Shown here one piece after another: positions 61,325 to 64,000 of a stretch of DNA of 64,000 nt. The DNA is from Mycoplasmatota bacterium. GTDB taxonomy: Bacteria; Bacillota_I; Bacilli_A; MAG-NZ. Each line of letters opens with the position of its first letter. The stretch's first letter is position 1. The position numbers and the translations under genes were made by a program. The notes beneath the pieces were generated by a model, which made no database searches, was not told where the DNA came from, and was given only the letters and a program-made list of their open reading frames with translations. The DNA lies in NCBI GenBank assembly GCA_018394315.1, contig CP074575.1:310001-374000 (forward strand), in the 5' to 3' direction.

Positions 61325-61401
61325 TGGTGACCCGTACGGGATTCGAACCCGTGAATGCATGCGTGAAAGGCATGTGAGTTAAGCCGCTTCTCCAACGGGC
61401 C
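61325..61401 (-). tRNA. tRNA-Glu(UUC)
   Basis: 77-nt cloverleaf GGCCCGT...CTTTCAC...TTCGAAT...CCA. Confidence 0.97.
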
Positions 61402-61629
61402 TTTAATTATACTAGATATACTGTTTATTATCCTTAATCATTATATAAGAAAGTTCTTTCATTTTCAATAGTTATTTTCTTAAGTCTCCTAATCGTATTA
61501 ATAATACGATACTAAAATATGCAATATTAGGAAATATAATCATTTAACCTCAAACTGAGTGTATTTAACTAGAATAAATACAATTTTTTTATAAGATACT
61601 GTATAATATTTCCAAGGGGGGTATATGTT

Positions 61630-62361
61630 ATGTCTTATTTTTTTAGTCACGGACAACCAGGGGAGTTTCAATATTTTTCTTTTCCACATTTTGTTCCATT
61701 GTTTTTAATGGTATTGATTATTTATTTAATATATCGATTTCGAGATAAAATCAAAGAATTTAAACATGAAGATAACATCAGATTAGTATTAGCATTTATT
61801 ATGATTATCGCTGACATGTCATATTTTTGGCATAAGATGTATATAGGAGCGGAAATAAAAAACCACCTGCCAATCACAGTTTGTGGATGGTCCGCAATAT
61901 TAGGTGGATTTATGTTATTAAGCAAGAAACAATCATTATTTGATATAGTTTATTTTTGGGTTTTAGCGGGGTCTATTAATGCACTTATAACACCTGCTGT
62001 GATTACTGATAATGGACCAACACACTTTAGATATTATCAATTTTGGATTGAACATACTTCTATTTTTATTGCGGTATTTTACATGATTTTTGTGCATAAA
62101 TACAAGGTTAACTTTAAGTCATTAATTAAAGCTTTCGTAGCCATTGTATTTCTCACATTAATAGCTATATACGTTAACAGTAACATCACTGGAGCCAATT
62201 ATCTATTCTTATCAACGACTGAAGCTGGAGATAGCATTTTAAACTTTTTACCAAATAATTTAGGACTTAGATTGTTAGTAATGGGCGGTGTGATATTATT
62301 CTTATTCTTCTTATCTTATTTACCATGGTTAATAATTAAAAAGTCAAAGAGAATTGACTAA
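61630..62361 (+). CDS. YwaF/TIGR02206 (TMEM164-like) membrane protein
   Basis: FSFPH, HLPITVC, ALITP, FWIEH, ANYLFL. Confidence 0.85.
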   Translation: MSYFFSHGQPGEFQYFSFPHFVPLFLMVLIIYLIYRFRDKIKEFKHEDNIRLVLAFIMIIADMSYFWHKMYIGAEIKNHLPITVCGWSAILGGFMLLSKKQSLFDIVYFWVLAGSINALITPAVITDNGPTHFRYYQFWIEHTSIFIAVFYMIFVHKYKVNFKSLIKAFVAIVFLTLIAIYVNSNITGANYLFLSTTEAGDSILNFLPNNLGLRLLVMGGVILFLFFLSYLPWLIIKKSKRID

Positions 62362-62369
62362 CAAATCTT

Positions 62370-62400
62370 AAAAATCTCAATCAACTGATTGAGATTTTAA
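62370..62400. terminator. Bidirectional terminator
   Basis: AAAATCTCAATCA-loop-TGATTGAGATTTT between convergent genes. Confidence 0.8.
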
Positions 62401-62402
62401 CT

Positions 62403-63476
62403 TTAGAATCTACCTTTTATAACTTCCTCCTCAGTTAAGATTTTAGCGTCAACTAAGGCTCTTTGATAAGAAGTACTTTCTCTTGACATTCTCACAGTTG
62501 CTCCTGCAATCCCATCATATGAATTTTGAGCTGATTTAGTAGCACCCGCAGATGCATCGTAATCAACCCCAAAGAAATTATCTTCGTTGATAGCTAATGC
62601 CCATCTCTCTACCGACCAATCAACTAACGAAGTCAATTCTGTAGCGTTTTTCCCAATTAAGTACTCTTCGATCGCTTCATAGTTACCCTGCCATCCACCT
62701 TTTGAGTGGCGTCCGAGTGTAACTGGTAACTCATTTGGTGTACCATTCGTAAATGTAACACCAGCAGCCTCCATCAATTCTTTCATAGTTGATGTTTCAC
62801 TCAAACCTGCAAATACACCAAAATCTATTAAAATATGATTATAGTGACTGATACTTAAGATGTTTTTTCCTGTTAATTCATCCCATGAATTAGGTTTCAT
62901 TAAACCTGCACCTGATGTTCTCACAGTAGGGATAAATCCTCCTTCTGTACCATCAACAGTTACATCACCTAATAGGATTGAATAGTCATAATCAGCAGGT
63001 AATTTAATTTCAAACTGATATCTAGTTACTGGTTCTACAATTAATAAAGCAGCGCTTCCATCAGGATCTACTTTCACTGCATATAAAGACATCTTATCAT
63101 GTGTGTCTATATTAAACATAGATGTACCTTTAGCATATTCGCTTCCTGGAGTTGCAGCAGTTGGTGTTATACTTAAATCTGCGCTAATTCTTGCAGTACT
63201 ATCTTGTCTTGTATACCATGATCCTTGTGACGATTTGAAAAATAAAACACTTGCATCAGTGATTATTCCATCATCATCTATTGTGATAATTGTTTGAATT
63301 TTTTGAGATGCTTCTTCTAAGGTAGTTCCTTTAGATTCACCTTTCCAAGACCACCCCATATAAGTACCATCTAAAGATTCAATCGGAATTTCTACAGGTA
63401 CTTCAACCTCCTTAGTACATGCAACTATTGTTAACAACAGTGCAAATGTTGCTAAAAGTGACAAAAATCTTTTCAT
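62403..63476 (-). CDS. Lipoprotein with probable FMN-binding (flavinylation) motifs
   Basis: Lipobox IVAC; DGTYMG at the N-terminus; W..N...IEEYLIGK; DASAGAT and DGIAGATV. Confidence 0.6.
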   Translation of the reverse strand: MKRFLSLLATFALLLTIVACTKEVEVPVEIPIESLDGTYMGWSWKGESKGTTLEEASQKIQTIITIDDDGIITDASVLFFKSSQGSWYTRQDSTARISADLSITPTAATPGSEYAKGTSMFNIDTHDKMSLYAVKVDPDGSAALLIVEPVTRYQFEIKLPADYDYSILLGDVTVDGTEGGFIPTVRTSGAGLMKPNSWDELTGKNILSISHYNHILIDFGVFAGLSETSTMKELMEAAGVTFTNGTPNELPVTLGRHSKGGWQGNYEAIEEYLIGKNATELTSLVDWSVERWALAINEDNFFGVDYDASAGATKSAQNSYDGIAGATVRMSRESTSYQRALVDAKILTEEEVIKGRF

Positions 63477-63932
63477 AAATTCTCTCCTTCTATTTGTGTA
63501 AACTTGGAATATGATATTTTGAAATCATAATGAATAATAAAAAGAAAGATAATATATTAAACTATTTGTAGTAATTGAATCTATTTCATATTACACTTCC
63601 TGTCAATACAAAAAAAGTCAGAAATCACATTATATTTTTTCAGGTTTTGAAAGTATTTATTAGAGAAAAATTTAACATAAAAGTTAATACAATTACAATC
63701 TAAAAGTAATAATCTTTAAAAATTTTACTGTTCTTTCTTCCTTTTTAATCTTGGGTACATAGAGTAATTCCAAAGGAATAAAACAATCATCAATTTAAAG
63801 CATATTTGTTTTAGTAAAACATATTAAAAGATAATAGACAATTGTGGAAAAGAATCGAAGTAAGCTGAAATTTGATTAAGTTATACGTGTACAAACAAAT
63901 ACATTCTAATGCAAATCGTTTCTCTCAAGAAA

Positions 63933-64000
63933 AATCATAACTACCAGTTGAACTGGTAGTTTGCTCAGCGCCTATAAGGCTTGATGCTGGCTATGTCTCA
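63933..64000 (-). mobile_element. Possible right end of an IS200/IS605-family element (cut by the window edge)
   Basis: Minus strand GCCTTATAGGC...CAAACTACCAG-TTCAA-CTGGTAGTTATGATT resembles IS200-type subterminal hairpins as I recall them. No transposase is visible in the window. Confidence 0.35.

Overview
AT-rich bacterial chromosome segment read with the standard bacterial code (TGA is used as a stop). Gene content suggests an anaerobic, amino-acid-fermenting low-GC Bacillota/basal Mycoplasmatota-like organism; the taxonomy is inference only. Main contents, in order: a thiolase-SDR operon with a divergent TetR; an Arg T-box controlling a polar amino-acid ABC transporter; and a 5.5 kb cluster of four ATP-dependent amide ligases (two ATP-grasp, one YheC/D, one MurF-like) beside a Cys-rich, Ena/DUF3992-like protein. 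Then tRNA-Val/Thr, tdh-kbl, assorted transporters and regulators, and a lysine fermentation operon (kal-kce-kdd-phzF-like-kamA-kamB-kamD-kamE-atoDA) under a probable ON-type lysine riboswitch. After that come a segmental duplication with reciprocal gene decay, a second atoDA-atoE-thiolase operon, a GGDEF remnant, an intact ISL3 element, a small decayed islet at tRNA-Glu and a putative flavinylated lipoprotein. The best candidate for an undescribed system is the ligase/Ena-like cluster at 5362-10894, which has shared hydrophobic C-terminal tails and positionally conserved sporulation-type -10 boxes. All calls come from reading motifs by eye; no database searches were run.
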